Assembly: GCA_020845895.1 (NCBI GenBank)
Contig: JADLEX010000125.1
Span: 49,729-113,728 of the forward strand
Direction: 5' to 3'
DNA from: Deltaproteobacteria bacterium
Lineage (GTDB): Bacteria > Lernaellota > Lernaellaia > JACKCT01
DNA length: 64,000 nt
In this document: piece after piece, positions 38,453 to 48,659 of the stretch
Layout of the letters: every line of letters starts with the position of its first letter
Numbering within the stretch: the first letter of the stretch is position 1
The notes under the pieces: model-generated
Told to the model about the DNA's origin: nothing
Database searches by the model: none
The model's input: only the letters and a program-made list of their open reading frames with translations
Position numbers and translations under genes: made by a program

Positions 38453-39826
38453 ATGTACCTTCTCGTCTTTCTGGGCATTCTCGCGATCGCGTTTCTCGGA
38501 ATTTTTCTCGCCGCGATCACCCGGTATAAGCGCTGTCCGTCCGACAAGATTCTGGTGATCTACGGCAAGACCGGCCGCGACACGTCGGGACAGACGCGCA
38601 CGTCGCGGTGCATCCACGGCGGCGCGTCGTTCGTGTGGCCGCTGTTTCAGGACTACGCCTACCTCGACCTGATGCCGATCGCGATCGACATCGACCTCAA
38701 GAGCGCGCTGTCCAAACAGAACATCCGCATCAACGTCCCCTCGGTGTTTACGGTCGGCATCTCGACCGAAGAGGGCATGATGCAAAACGCCGCCGAGCGT
38801 CTGCTCGGGCTCAACCATCAGGTCATCCGGCAGATCACCGAAGACATCATCTTCGGCCAGCTCCGCCTCACCATCGCGACGATGGACATCGAGGAGATCA
38901 ACTCCGACCGCGACAAGTTCCTCGCCAACGTCAGCGAAAACGTCGAGACCGAGCTCAAGAAAGTCGGCTTGCGCCTGATCGCGGTGAACATCAAGGATAT
39001 CACCGACGAGTCGGGCTACATCGAGGCGCTGGGACAGGAAGCCGCGGCCCACGCGATTCAGGAAGCGCGCAAAAAGGTCGCCGAAAAAGAGCGCGACGGC
39101 GCCATCGGCCAGGCCGAGGCCGAACGCGAGAAACGCATTCGCGTGGCCGAGGCGAACGCGACCGCGGTCGAGGGCGAAAACCGCTCCGCCGTGGCGATCG
39201 CGAAATCGAAAGCCGAGCGCGACGTGAAAGAGGCCGAGGCGGACCGGCTCGCGACCGCGGCGAAAAAGGTCGCCCAGGCCAAGGCGCTCGAAGAAGCCTA
39301 CGCGTCGGAAGGCGCGGCGGAAAAGGCGCGCGCCGAGCGCGACCGCGCGACGATGTACGCGAACACGGTCGTCGCCGCGGATATCGAAAAGGAAAAGATC
39401 CGCATCGCCGCCGAGGCCGAGGCGCAAAAACTGCGTCTGGAGGCGAAGGGCACCGGCGACGCGCTGTACGAGGAAATGGCGGGACGCGCGCGCGGTCAGT
39501 ACGAAAACCTCGCCAAGCAGGCCGAGGGTCTGAAGGCCATGATCGAGGCGACGGGGCAGGACGCGAACAAGGCCGTCATGCTCATGATCGCGCAGCAGAT
39601 TCAGGAGATCGCGAAAATCCAGGTCGAGGCGATCAAGAATCTGCACATCGACAACGTGGTCGTGTGGGACAACCTGTCCGGCGGCGAAGGCACGCCCAGC
39701 ACGGCGAAGTTCGTCTCCGGTCTGCTCGGCTCGCTGCCGCAGTTCCACGACCTGTTCAAGATGGTCGGCCTGAATCTGCCCGAGGCATTCGGCTCCAAGG
39801 CCGAGAAGGAAATCGACGTGCGGTGA
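38453..39826 (+). CDS. Flotillin / SPFH (band-7) domain protein (YqiK-like)
   Basis: N-terminal TM segment, an SPFH domain, then a long Ala/Glu/Lys-rich coiled-coil region. AAGGAG RBS. Confidence 0.85.
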   Translation: MYLLVFLGILAIAFLGIFLAAITRYKRCPSDKILVIYGKTGRDTSGQTRTSRCIHGGASFVWPLFQDYAYLDLMPIAIDIDLKSALSKQNIRINVPSVFTVGISTEEGMMQNAAERLLGLNHQVIRQITEDIIFGQLRLTIATMDIEEINSDRDKFLANVSENVETELKKVGLRLIAVNIKDITDESGYIEALGQEAAAHAIQEARKKVAEKERDGAIGQAEAEREKRIRVAEANATAVEGENRSAVAIAKSKAERDVKEAEADRLATAAKKVAQAKALEEAYASEGAAEKARAERDRATMYANTVVAADIEKEKIRIAAEAEAQKLRLEAKGTGDALYEEMAGRARGQYENLAKQAEGLKAMIEATGQDANKAVMLMIAQQIQEIAKIQVEAIKNLHIDNVVVWDNLSGGEGTPSTAKFVSGLLGSLPQFHDLFKMVGLNLPEAFGSKAEKEIDVR

Positions 39827-40041
39827 CGGAGCGCCATTCGCACAAATGTCGGCGTAGGGGCGCGATTCATCGCGCCCTCTTCGGCGAAGGACGGGTCGCA
39901 CGCGAATGATTCCCGCGCTGCTCAGGGGCAAGCTGACGCGAAGCGAGGAGACGTTGGAGGACCTTCTGACCTCCAAACGCCAACCGCCGGCCTCGGTTGA
40001 AGGGGGAACGCGCAGTCGTTCGTTTTTTGTTCGCTTTTGTC

Positions 40042-40070
40042 TTGACAACGCGTTTTGGTCGCGCTATCCT
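40042..40070 (+). promoter_or_regulatory. Sigma70-like promoter TTGACA-N17-TATCCT upstream of the TcmP-like gene
   Basis: Read directly. AAGGAG RBS at 40095-40100. Confidence 0.5.
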
Positions 40071-40108
40071 AGCGATCGTGCAATAGGCACCGAAAAGGAG
40101 TGCGAAAC

Positions 40109-41218
40109 ATGATAGATGACTTTTTTAAGCAACAGACCGATCAATCGCGGGTTAAAACGGCTATCGTTTCAAAGTATTTTAATGCATGGGCGACGATTAT
40201 GGCGACAAGATCTGCCGCAGACAAAATATGCTATATAGATTTTTTTTCCGGCCCAGGCTTATATGCCGATGGCTCCCTTTCGACTCCTTTAATCGTTACA
40301 TCTATGGTATTAGAAAACCCAAAACTGAAATCAATTGTTCAATTAATATTCAACGACAGCGATAACCATAACATTGAAAAACTTCAAGTCGCTTTACATA
40401 ACGCATCTAATATTAATAGCCTCAAATATCCTCCAGCCTTCTGGAATGTAGACGCCGGACAAAGTCTCGCAGATGAATTTAAGAAAATAAAGATGGCACC
40501 CTCTCTTGTGTTTATCGATCCTTGGGGGTATCGTGGATTAAGCATAGATCTGATTTCTTCTATGACAAAAGACTGGGGGTCTGACGGAATAGTATTTTTC
40601 AATTACAACCGAGTCAATATGGGCTTAAGCAATCCCACTGTTTCTCATCATATGTTAAAATTGTTCGGCCCCGAACGACTACCCGCTGTACTTGAAAAAA
40701 TTCGAGATGCAGGCCCTGATGAACGCGAATTGACGATCGTTGACGAATTTGGAGGTGCGATCGCAGATGCAGTTGGCACGCGTTACGTTTTACCATTCCG
40801 TTTTATCGAAGAAAGTAGGGATAGAACCAGCCATTACTTATATTTTATCAGCAAACACCCATTGGGGTACGTTATCATGAAAAATATAATGGCAAAGGAG
40901 AGTGAACGAGATCAAGATTCAGTGCCTTCATTTGAATACAGCCCCGCCACTCCGAGACAGCAACTGTTATTCCTGTTTGTGCGAAAATTAAATAACCTGA
41001 AAGACGATCTAATCGCAGCATTTGCTGGAAGGACAGCTAAAATGATAGATATCTTTGAAGAGCACCATGTCGGGACTCCGTTTATCGAAAAGAATTACAA
41101 GACAGCCCTGATGGAACTTGAAAAAGAAAATCGAATTTTTGCGGAGCCGAACGCGAAAAATCGAAAGAAGAATACATTTGCAGACCGAGTTGTTGTTTCA
41201 TTTCCGGAGATTCGCTGA
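40109..41218 (+). CDS. tcmP: Three-Cys-motif partner protein TcmP-like; strongly AT-rich gene (~40% GC) with SAM-MTase-like motifs (IDFFSGPG...FIDPWGY)
   Basis: Family assigned from memory of the TIGRFAM 'three-Cys-motif partner protein TcmP'. That family always neighbours a Gp37/Gp68 three-Cys protein, as it does here. The stop overlaps the next start (TGATG). Confidence 0.7.
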   Translation: MIDDFFKQQTDQSRVKTAIVSKYFNAWATIMATRSAADKICYIDFFSGPGLYADGSLSTPLIVTSMVLENPKLKSIVQLIFNDSDNHNIEKLQVALHNASNINSLKYPPAFWNVDAGQSLADEFKKIKMAPSLVFIDPWGYRGLSIDLISSMTKDWGSDGIVFFNYNRVNMGLSNPTVSHHMLKLFGPERLPAVLEKIRDAGPDERELTIVDEFGGAIADAVGTRYVLPFRFIEESRDRTSHYLYFISKHPLGYVIMKNIMAKESERDQDSVPSFEYSPATPRQQLLFLFVRKLNNLKDDLIAAFAGRTAKMIDIFEEHHVGTPFIEKNYKTALMELEKENRIFAEPNAKNRKKNTFADRVVVSFPEIR

Positions 41219-41937
41219 TGGCTCGATCCGCCATCGAATGGACCGAATCGACTTGGAACCCGGTCACGGGTTGCACGAAGATCAGCGCGGGGTGCAAGCA
41301 CTGCTATGCCGAACGCATGGCGCTGCGTCTACAGGCGATGGGACAGGCCAACTATCGCAACGGTTTTGATGTCACGCTGCACGAGCATGCGCTCGCGATT
41401 CCTTCGCGGCTGAAAAAACCGCAGACGATCTTCGTCAACTCGATGAGCGACCTTTTCCACGTCGACATCCCCGACGCCTACATCGCGCGCGTTTTCGACG
41501 CGATGAACGCCGCTCCCTGGCACACCTATCAGGTGCTGACGAAGCGCGCCGATCGTTTGGAGAAATTGGCGCCGCGCCTCCCGTGGCGTCCGCACATCTG
41601 GATGGGCGTGAGCGTCGAGAACAACGACCATCTGTTTCGCGTAGAGCACCTGCGCGCGACCCGCGCGCACGTGAAGTTCCTGTCGCTCGAACCGCTGCTC
41701 GGCCCGCTGCCCGATCTGGATCTGCGCGGCATCGACTGGGCCATCGTCGGCGGCGAATCCGGCCCCGGTGCGCGGCCGATGGACCCCGCGTGGGTGGTCG
41801 GCATCCGCGATCGTTGCGCGCGCGCCAAGGTGCCGTTCTTCTTCAAGCAGTGGGGCGGCGTGAACAAGAAGCGCGCCGGACGCCTGCTCGACGGACGCAC
41901 CTGGGATGAGATGCCGGAGCGAACCGTCCACGCGTGA
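41218..41937 (+). CDS. Phage Gp37/Gp68-family three-Cys-motif protein (DUF5131)
   Basis: N-terminal [26 protein letters not shown] (C-x6-C-x2-C). C-terminal [10 protein letters not shown]...FFFKQWGG, typical of the family as recalled. Confidence 0.75.
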   Translation: MARSAIEWTESTWNPVTGCTKISAGCKHCYAERMALRLQAMGQANYRNGFDVTLHEHALAIPSRLKKPQTIFVNSMSDLFHVDIPDAYIARVFDAMNAAPWHTYQVLTKRADRLEKLAPRLPWRPHIWMGVSVENNDHLFRVEHLRATRAHVKFLSLEPLLGPLPDLDLRGIDWAIVGGESGPGARPMDPAWVVGIRDRCARAKVPFFFKQWGGVNKKRAGRLLDGRTWDEMPERTVHA

Positions 41938-41988
41938 GACTTCGAGTCTCCCCTTGATTCTCGGCTTAACCCGGGCGAGCTTGGCCGC

Positions 41989-42579
41989 ATGTCCTTTTGG
42001 AACGACGTTGCCCAATACGGGCTGCCTCAGCGGGCGAAGCTCGCGATCGTGGTCGCGGCGATCGCGATCGGCGCGATGGCGATGCGCGCCGAATCCGAAC
42101 GGCCCATCAGCGGCATGGTGATGGATTTCGAGGACGACGCGCAGCTCGAGCGGCTCGTGTGGCAGTGCCCGATCGCGATGGAGACGACGGATGCGATTTC
42201 GGGACGCGGCCGGCGCGCGTTGCTCGTCCATCTCAAGCCGGGCTTGTACCCGGGCGTCGAGATCCACGATCCACCCGGCGACTGGCGCGACGGCGACGCG
42301 CTGGAGTTCACGGTCGCCGCGCCCGATGCGGCGGGCGCGATGCTGCACGTGCGGATCGACGACGCGGATTCGCGCGAGGACTACGATCGGCGATACGAGG
42401 GGCGGATCAGGCTGCAAGGCCCGGCGCAACGCGTGCGCATCCCGCTCGACGAAATCGCCGCCGCGCCGACGAAGGACCCCCTCGACCTGTCACGAATCAC
42501 GAAAATCGTGATCTACCTCTACCGACTCGACCGCGACGTGGACATGACGATCGACGACATCCGGTTGGTGAAGTCGTAG
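41989..42579 (+). CDS. Hypothetical secreted/membrane-anchored protein
   Basis: N-terminal hydrophobic segment. No family recognised. Confidence 0.4.
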   Translation: MSFWNDVAQYGLPQRAKLAIVVAAIAIGAMAMRAESERPISGMVMDFEDDAQLERLVWQCPIAMETTDAISGRGRRALLVHLKPGLYPGVEIHDPPGDWRDGDALEFTVAAPDAAGAMLHVRIDDADSREDYDRRYEGRIRLQGPAQRVRIPLDEIAAAPTKDPLDLSRITKIVIYLYRLDRDVDMTIDDIRLVKS

Positions 42580-42923
42580 CGCCCCTGCCGTCCTCGGCCC
42601 CACCCGTCTCGTCCCGTCGGCTTTCTCCCGAAAACGCCCGCGGATTTACCGCCGAAAAAAAACGCCATTTACTTATCTGAAAAACGATGCTAATGAGCGC
42701 GCACCGACTTCCGACAATGTGTTTGGGTTCGGCAGAGATCCGCAAGGGTTTCGTTTATTCGTTCGGTTCGTTGTCTTCGCGGGAGTTCCCGCGGCGGTCG
42801 GCGAAGTCGGGCGGTAAATGTGCGAGTGACGGTCACAGGGATCGTCCATGCGACGACGGGCGCAGGTTCCCGTCTTGTGACGAGGCGACGTCGATGTTCG
42901 GCGCGCCGAAAAGGCAGATCGAC

Positions 42924-43232
42924 ATGTCCGAGAAAGTGTTTGTGGGTAGCTTGAGCTGGAACACCAACGACGAGAAGCTTCAGGCCGCGTTCGCCCCCTA
43001 CGGCGAAATCACCGAAGCCAAGGTCATCACCGACCGTGACACCGGCCGCTCGCGCGGATTCGGATTCGTTACGTTCGCGAACGCTGAGTCCGCCCAGAAG
43101 GCGATCTCCGCGCTCGACGGCAAGGACCTCGACGGCCGGACCATCAAGGTCAACAAGGCCGAGGACAAGCCGCGCGATCGTGACGGCGGCGGCGGCGGAC
43201 GCTTCGGCGGTGGACGCAACAACCGCTGGTAG
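42924..43232 (+). CDS. RRM-type RNA-binding protein with Gly-rich tail
   Basis: RNP-2 KVFVGSLSW and RNP-1 RGFGFVTF motifs, with a C-terminal GGGGGRFGGGRNNRW. Confidence 0.85.
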   Translation: MSEKVFVGSLSWNTNDEKLQAAFAPYGEITEAKVITDRDTGRSRGFGFVTFANAESAQKAISALDGKDLDGRTIKVNKAEDKPRDRDGGGGGRFGGGRNNRW

Positions 43233-43266
43233 TCCGTCACTCGCTTCGAAGAATTCCAGAAACCAA

Positions 43267-43298
43267 GACGGCGTCGGTTGAAAAACCGGCGCCGTTTG
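43267..43298 (+). terminator. Rho-independent terminator (GACGGCGTCGGTT-GAAA-AACCGGCGCCGT + TTTGCC)
   Basis: Read directly, downstream of the RRM gene. Confidence 0.55.
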
Positions 43299-43422
43299 CC
43301 ATTGGTGGTCACGCCGGTCGCGCGCGCACCGGCGAGCGAGCCTTGCCAGCGCGCCATCGCGTGCGTAATAAGGAATTGGATTTCGTGAACGGTCCGTGAA
43401 CTTTTTCGCGCGAGGAGGTCCC

Positions 43423-43533
43423 ATGTCGAACAAGGAACAGGGCAAGCGGCAGGAGAAATCCAACAAGCCCAAGCTGTCCATCAAGGACAAGAAGAAGAAG
43501 AAAGCCGACAAGGCCGCGAAGAAAGGCAACTGA
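43423..43533 (+). CDS. 36-aa Lys-rich small protein (MSNKEQGKRQEKSNKPKLSIKDKKKKKADKAAKKGN)
   Basis: Strong SD GAGGAGG 5 nt upstream of the ATG, a preceding terminator, and a following hairpin with T-rich stretch. Not in the ORF track because it is under 60 aa. Confidence 0.4.
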   Translation: MSNKEQGKRQEKSNKPKLSIKDKKKKKADKAAKKGN

Positions 43534-43678
43534 CAGCGGCGCGGGCGCTCTCGCCCGCCGATATTCGAAACGGCGCCACGACGCGCGACACTCGGCCGGG
43601 CCGGAGCGCGCGCATGGCGCCAGTTTTTTTCCGCTTTTTTTGGCCTCGATTTTTGTCTTTGCGCGCATCCCGTGATAA

Positions 43679-44992
<1,314 letters not shown>

Positions 44993-45003
44993 AGGAGGGC
45001 CCC

Positions 45004-45678
45004 GTGGATCAGCGTCATCAGGAGTACGTCGAGTATTACCGCGCGCGGCTGCGTCGCTACGACGGCGATCCGCACTATCCGCGCACCGCGGCGGCCCAGC
45101 GGGCCATGCTGGACGCCATCGAAACCGCGCCCGATCTGGAGACCTTCGGCAAGCGCGTGATCGGCGAGGCGCTGCACGTGCGTTGCGCCGTCGCGCTGGC
45201 GTGGGATCAGGAAGAAGCCCGCGCCAAACTCTACGAGGAACTGGACGAACCCGTGCGCGCCGCGCCCCACCGCGCGATTGCCGACGCACTCGCCGCGCGC
45301 GAATACAACGACGTGGCGGCGCTGAACACGATGGTGTCCGAAACGCTGGAGCGTTCGAACGCGCCCATCACGGCCGACGAAGTGCCGCGAGACGAGTTCT
45401 GGAACACGCTGAAGGTGCTCGAAGACCTGACCATGTGGGAGACGGCGGACGTGCCCGCCGAGTGGAAGGCCGAGCGAGTCGAGTTCATCGCCGAAACGCG
45501 GGCGCGCACCGCCGAAATGGCTGCGATGTCGCGCGACGGCGTGCGCAAATTCGTCCCCGATTATTCGCCCGATTGGGACGCGCTTTGGCAGCCGCGCCAT
45601 CGCCGGCGTCTGCCGGTGCCCGACGACACGCTGCGCCGACGCATCGCCGAATATCGCCGCGCGATCGGGGGGAAGTGA
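45004..45678 (+). CDS. Hypothetical protein
   Basis: GTG start with GAAGGAGGG RBS. No family recognised. Confidence 0.5.
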   Translation: MDQRHQEYVEYYRARLRRYDGDPHYPRTAAAQRAMLDAIETAPDLETFGKRVIGEALHVRCAVALAWDQEEARAKLYEELDEPVRAAPHRAIADALAAREYNDVAALNTMVSETLERSNAPITADEVPRDEFWNTLKVLEDLTMWETADVPAEWKAERVEFIAETRARTAEMAAMSRDGVRKFVPDYSPDWDALWQPRHRRRLPVPDDTLRRRIAEYRRAIGGK

Positions 45679-45679
45679 A

Positions 45680-46820
45680 CATGCCCGTCCCCGCCATGTT
45701 CGTCGATCCCATGCTCGGCACCTTTCGCGATCTCATGCGCGATGTCGAAACGAAAAATCTCACCGGCGACGATGTGACCATCATGCGCGAAGCGCTCGCG
45801 CGCATGGAGCACCTCGCCACGACCACCGATGACTTCGCGACGTACTCCGGCCTGCTCATGCAGGAAGGGCTGTTCATGAAGTTCAGCGATGCCTACGGGC
45901 GGGCGCTGTCCGCCGCCGCGTCGGCGTCGGCGTCTTCGGGCGGCGGGCCGAGCGACGAGTCGCTGCTCGCGCAGTCACTGAAATCGTACGAGGACGCGCT
46001 GGCGACCTATGAACGCGGCGACGCGGGGGACGACGCGCGCGCGCTGATTCCATGTGTGAAACGCATTCTCGAGATCGGCCGATCGGGCGCTAGCTATCCC
46101 GTCTTTCTGCGCACGATGGAAGAAGAGGGGCTGACGCGCGTGCTCGAAGGTGCTGCGCCCGTCGCGCGCGCGGGGCTCGTGAAGACGCTCGATTTCGCCA
46201 ACGCGAACTGGCTGCCGCGCTCGGTGGAAGAGTCCGCCGAGATTCTTTCGGTTTTCGACGACATGGCCGCCGCCGCGCCCTTCGGTCAGCCCGATCCCTT
46301 CGTCTTCGGTCTCGCGCGCACGCGCATCGAGTGGCGATTCGCGCCCGCGCATCGCCTGTGGAGCGCGATCGTCGATCACCGCGACCGTCTGATCTTTCTG
46401 CTCGTCGATTGGCTCGACGCGCACGCCGAATTCGCGTTCTACGACGCGCGCTGGCGCGGGCCGGCCATGAGCGATGAGCAGGTCCGCCGAAACATCCGCC
46501 GCACCAAGGAGTGCACGCCGGGAGATTTTCGCGCGCTCGAAGCGATCGTCGCGGAGTCCTTCGATCTGTCGTGGAACGCGTTGTGGGCGCACGAAACCTT
46601 CGCGACCGACTACTCGGCGGGGCGGATTGCGTGGACCGACGAGCGTCTGCGTCTGGTGCGCGCGACGTACGCGGTCTGCGTCCCCGGGGCGAAAGCGCCG
46701 GATGAGCTGGTGAAGGCCGCCGAGGATCTGCACACGCGCAAGGCCGACATTCGCGCCGACGCGGGGCGCGCGATTCCATGGCAGTGGCCGCCGCCCGCGC
46801 CGCCGCCGTTCGACGCCTGA
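45680..46820 (+). CDS. Hypothetical protein
   Basis: The start lies 1 nt after the upstream stop. No family recognised. Confidence 0.5.
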
Positions 46821-46893
46821 CGCCGAGCCTCTTGCGCGAAGGGGCTCTCCCCGTACAAAATCCGGTCCCAATCGACAACCTGGAGTTTCGCGC

Positions 46894-48573
46894 GTGATCG
46901 CATTCATCGTCATCACGGTCGCCGTCGTATTGGGCATCGCATACATCGTGTACGGACGTTTTCTGTCGGCTGAACTCGACATCGACGACAAGCGCGTGAC
47001 GCCGTCGGTGGAAATCAACGACGGCGATGATTTCGTCCCCGCCAAGGCGTCGATGCTGCTGCCGCAGCATTTTTCCGCCATCGCCGCGGCGGGACCCATC
47101 GTCGGGCCGATCCTCGCGGGCATGTGGTTCGGCTGGGGCCCGGCGCTGCTGTGGATCGTCCTGGGCGCGATCTTCGTCGGCGGCGTGCACGACTTCCTCT
47201 CGCTCATCGCGTCCGTGCGCAACAAGGCGATGACGATCGGCGAGATCGTCAAACAAAACCTCTCGCCAATCTCCTACATCCTGTTCCTGTCGTTCATCTG
47301 GATCGCGCTGATGTACATCGTCATTGCGTTTACCGACGTGACGGCGCAGTCGTTCGTGGCGGTGAGCGGCGGCATGGCGATCGGGCCGGGCGTGGCCTTC
47401 GCGTCGATGCTCTACCTCTTCCTCGGTGTCGGCATGGGGCTCGTGCTGCGCTATTGGAAAGCGCCGCTCGGCCTCACCACGGTCGTCTTCATGGCGCTGC
47501 TGTTCGCGGTGATCTGGCTCTCCGACCACCTGCCGCCCGGTCTGGAATCCGCCCTCGCGGCGATGCCCGTGAAGGGCTGGGAGGTGGTGCTGATCGTGTA
47601 TTGCGCGGTCGCGGCGCTGCTGCCGATGTGGCTGCTGCTTCAGCCGCGCGGCTATCTGGGCGGGTGGTTTCTTTACATCACGCTCGCGATCGGCGTGTTT
47701 GGCGCGCTCTTCGGCAATTACGATATCCAGTATCCCGCGTTCAACCTGGACGGCTGGCGCGGGCTCGAAACCGGCAAGCTGATTTTCCCCGCGCTCTTCA
47801 TCACTATCGCGTGCGGGGCGTGCTCGGGTTTCCACGGCATCGTCAGCTCGGGGACGACCTCGAAGCAGATTCGCGTCGAAAGCGACACGATCCGCGTCGG
47901 CCTCGGTTCGATGCTGCTCGAAGGTCTGGTCGCCGTGCTCGCCCTCGTCACGGTCATGATCCTCGCCAAGGGCGACCCGATGCTCAAGAGCGATCCCAAC
48001 GTGATCTACGCGAACGGCCTCGCGAAATACATGGGCATCCTCGGCATCGACTTCAAGCTCGCGCTCACCTTCGCGCTCATGGCCTTCGCCACCTTCGTGT
48101 ACGACACGCTCGACGTGTGCACGCGCCTGTCGCGCTACGTGGTGCAGGAACTCTTCGGTTGGAAGTCGCGCACGGGCGCGCTCGTCAGCACCGTCGTCAC
48201 GCTGCTGCCGCCCCTCGCGTTCCTGATGCTCACGAAGGAGAAAGCATACATCAAGGCGTGGCCGCTCTTCGGTACGAGCAACCAGCTCATGGCGTCGCTG
48301 ACGCTGCTCGCGGTCACGATCTGGCTCGTGAAATCCGGGCGCAAGGCGATCTACGCGGCGATCCCCATGGTCTTCATGATGGCGGTGACGCTCACGTCGC
48401 TCGTCCTGCAAATCAAACCGATCCTCGCGAAATTCCCGGAACTCGTCGGCGGCAAGGTCGGCGCGGACGAGGTCATCGTCGGCACCGCCGCCATCGTGCT
48501 GTTCGTCCTCACGATCTGGCTGCTCTACGAGGCGTTCATGTCCGTCGTATTGCGCCGGAGGCGGGAGGCGTAG
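46894..48573 (+). CDS. cstA: Carbon starvation protein CstA family transporter
   Basis: Multi-TM protein with N-terminus MIAFIVITVAVVLGIAYIVYGRFLS and the PAKASMLLPQHFSAIAAAGPIVGPI motif. Confidence 0.85.
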   Translation: MIAFIVITVAVVLGIAYIVYGRFLSAELDIDDKRVTPSVEINDGDDFVPAKASMLLPQHFSAIAAAGPIVGPILAGMWFGWGPALLWIVLGAIFVGGVHDFLSLIASVRNKAMTIGEIVKQNLSPISYILFLSFIWIALMYIVIAFTDVTAQSFVAVSGGMAIGPGVAFASMLYLFLGVGMGLVLRYWKAPLGLTTVVFMALLFAVIWLSDHLPPGLESALAAMPVKGWEVVLIVYCAVAALLPMWLLLQPRGYLGGWFLYITLAIGVFGALFGNYDIQYPAFNLDGWRGLETGKLIFPALFITIACGACSGFHGIVSSGTTSKQIRVESDTIRVGLGSMLLEGLVAVLALVTVMILAKGDPMLKSDPNVIYANGLAKYMGILGIDFKLALTFALMAFATFVYDTLDVCTRLSRYVVQELFGWKSRTGALVSTVVTLLPPLAFLMLTKEKAYIKAWPLFGTSNQLMASLTLLAVTIWLVKSGRKAIYAAIPMVFMMAVTLTSLVLQIKPILAKFPELVGGKVGADEVIVGTAAIVLFVLTIWLLYEAFMSVVLRRRREA

Positions 48574-48659
48574 CGGTTTCGATTCGACGAATTCCGTTCA
48601 CACGGACATTCGCATCCATGTTATATTCGAACGAGTTGCATTCATCGGAGCACGCGGAC

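Noticed and set aside
46090-48411. 773-aa minus-strand ORF
   Set aside because: It is antisense to cstA, a multi-TM transporter with clear motifs.
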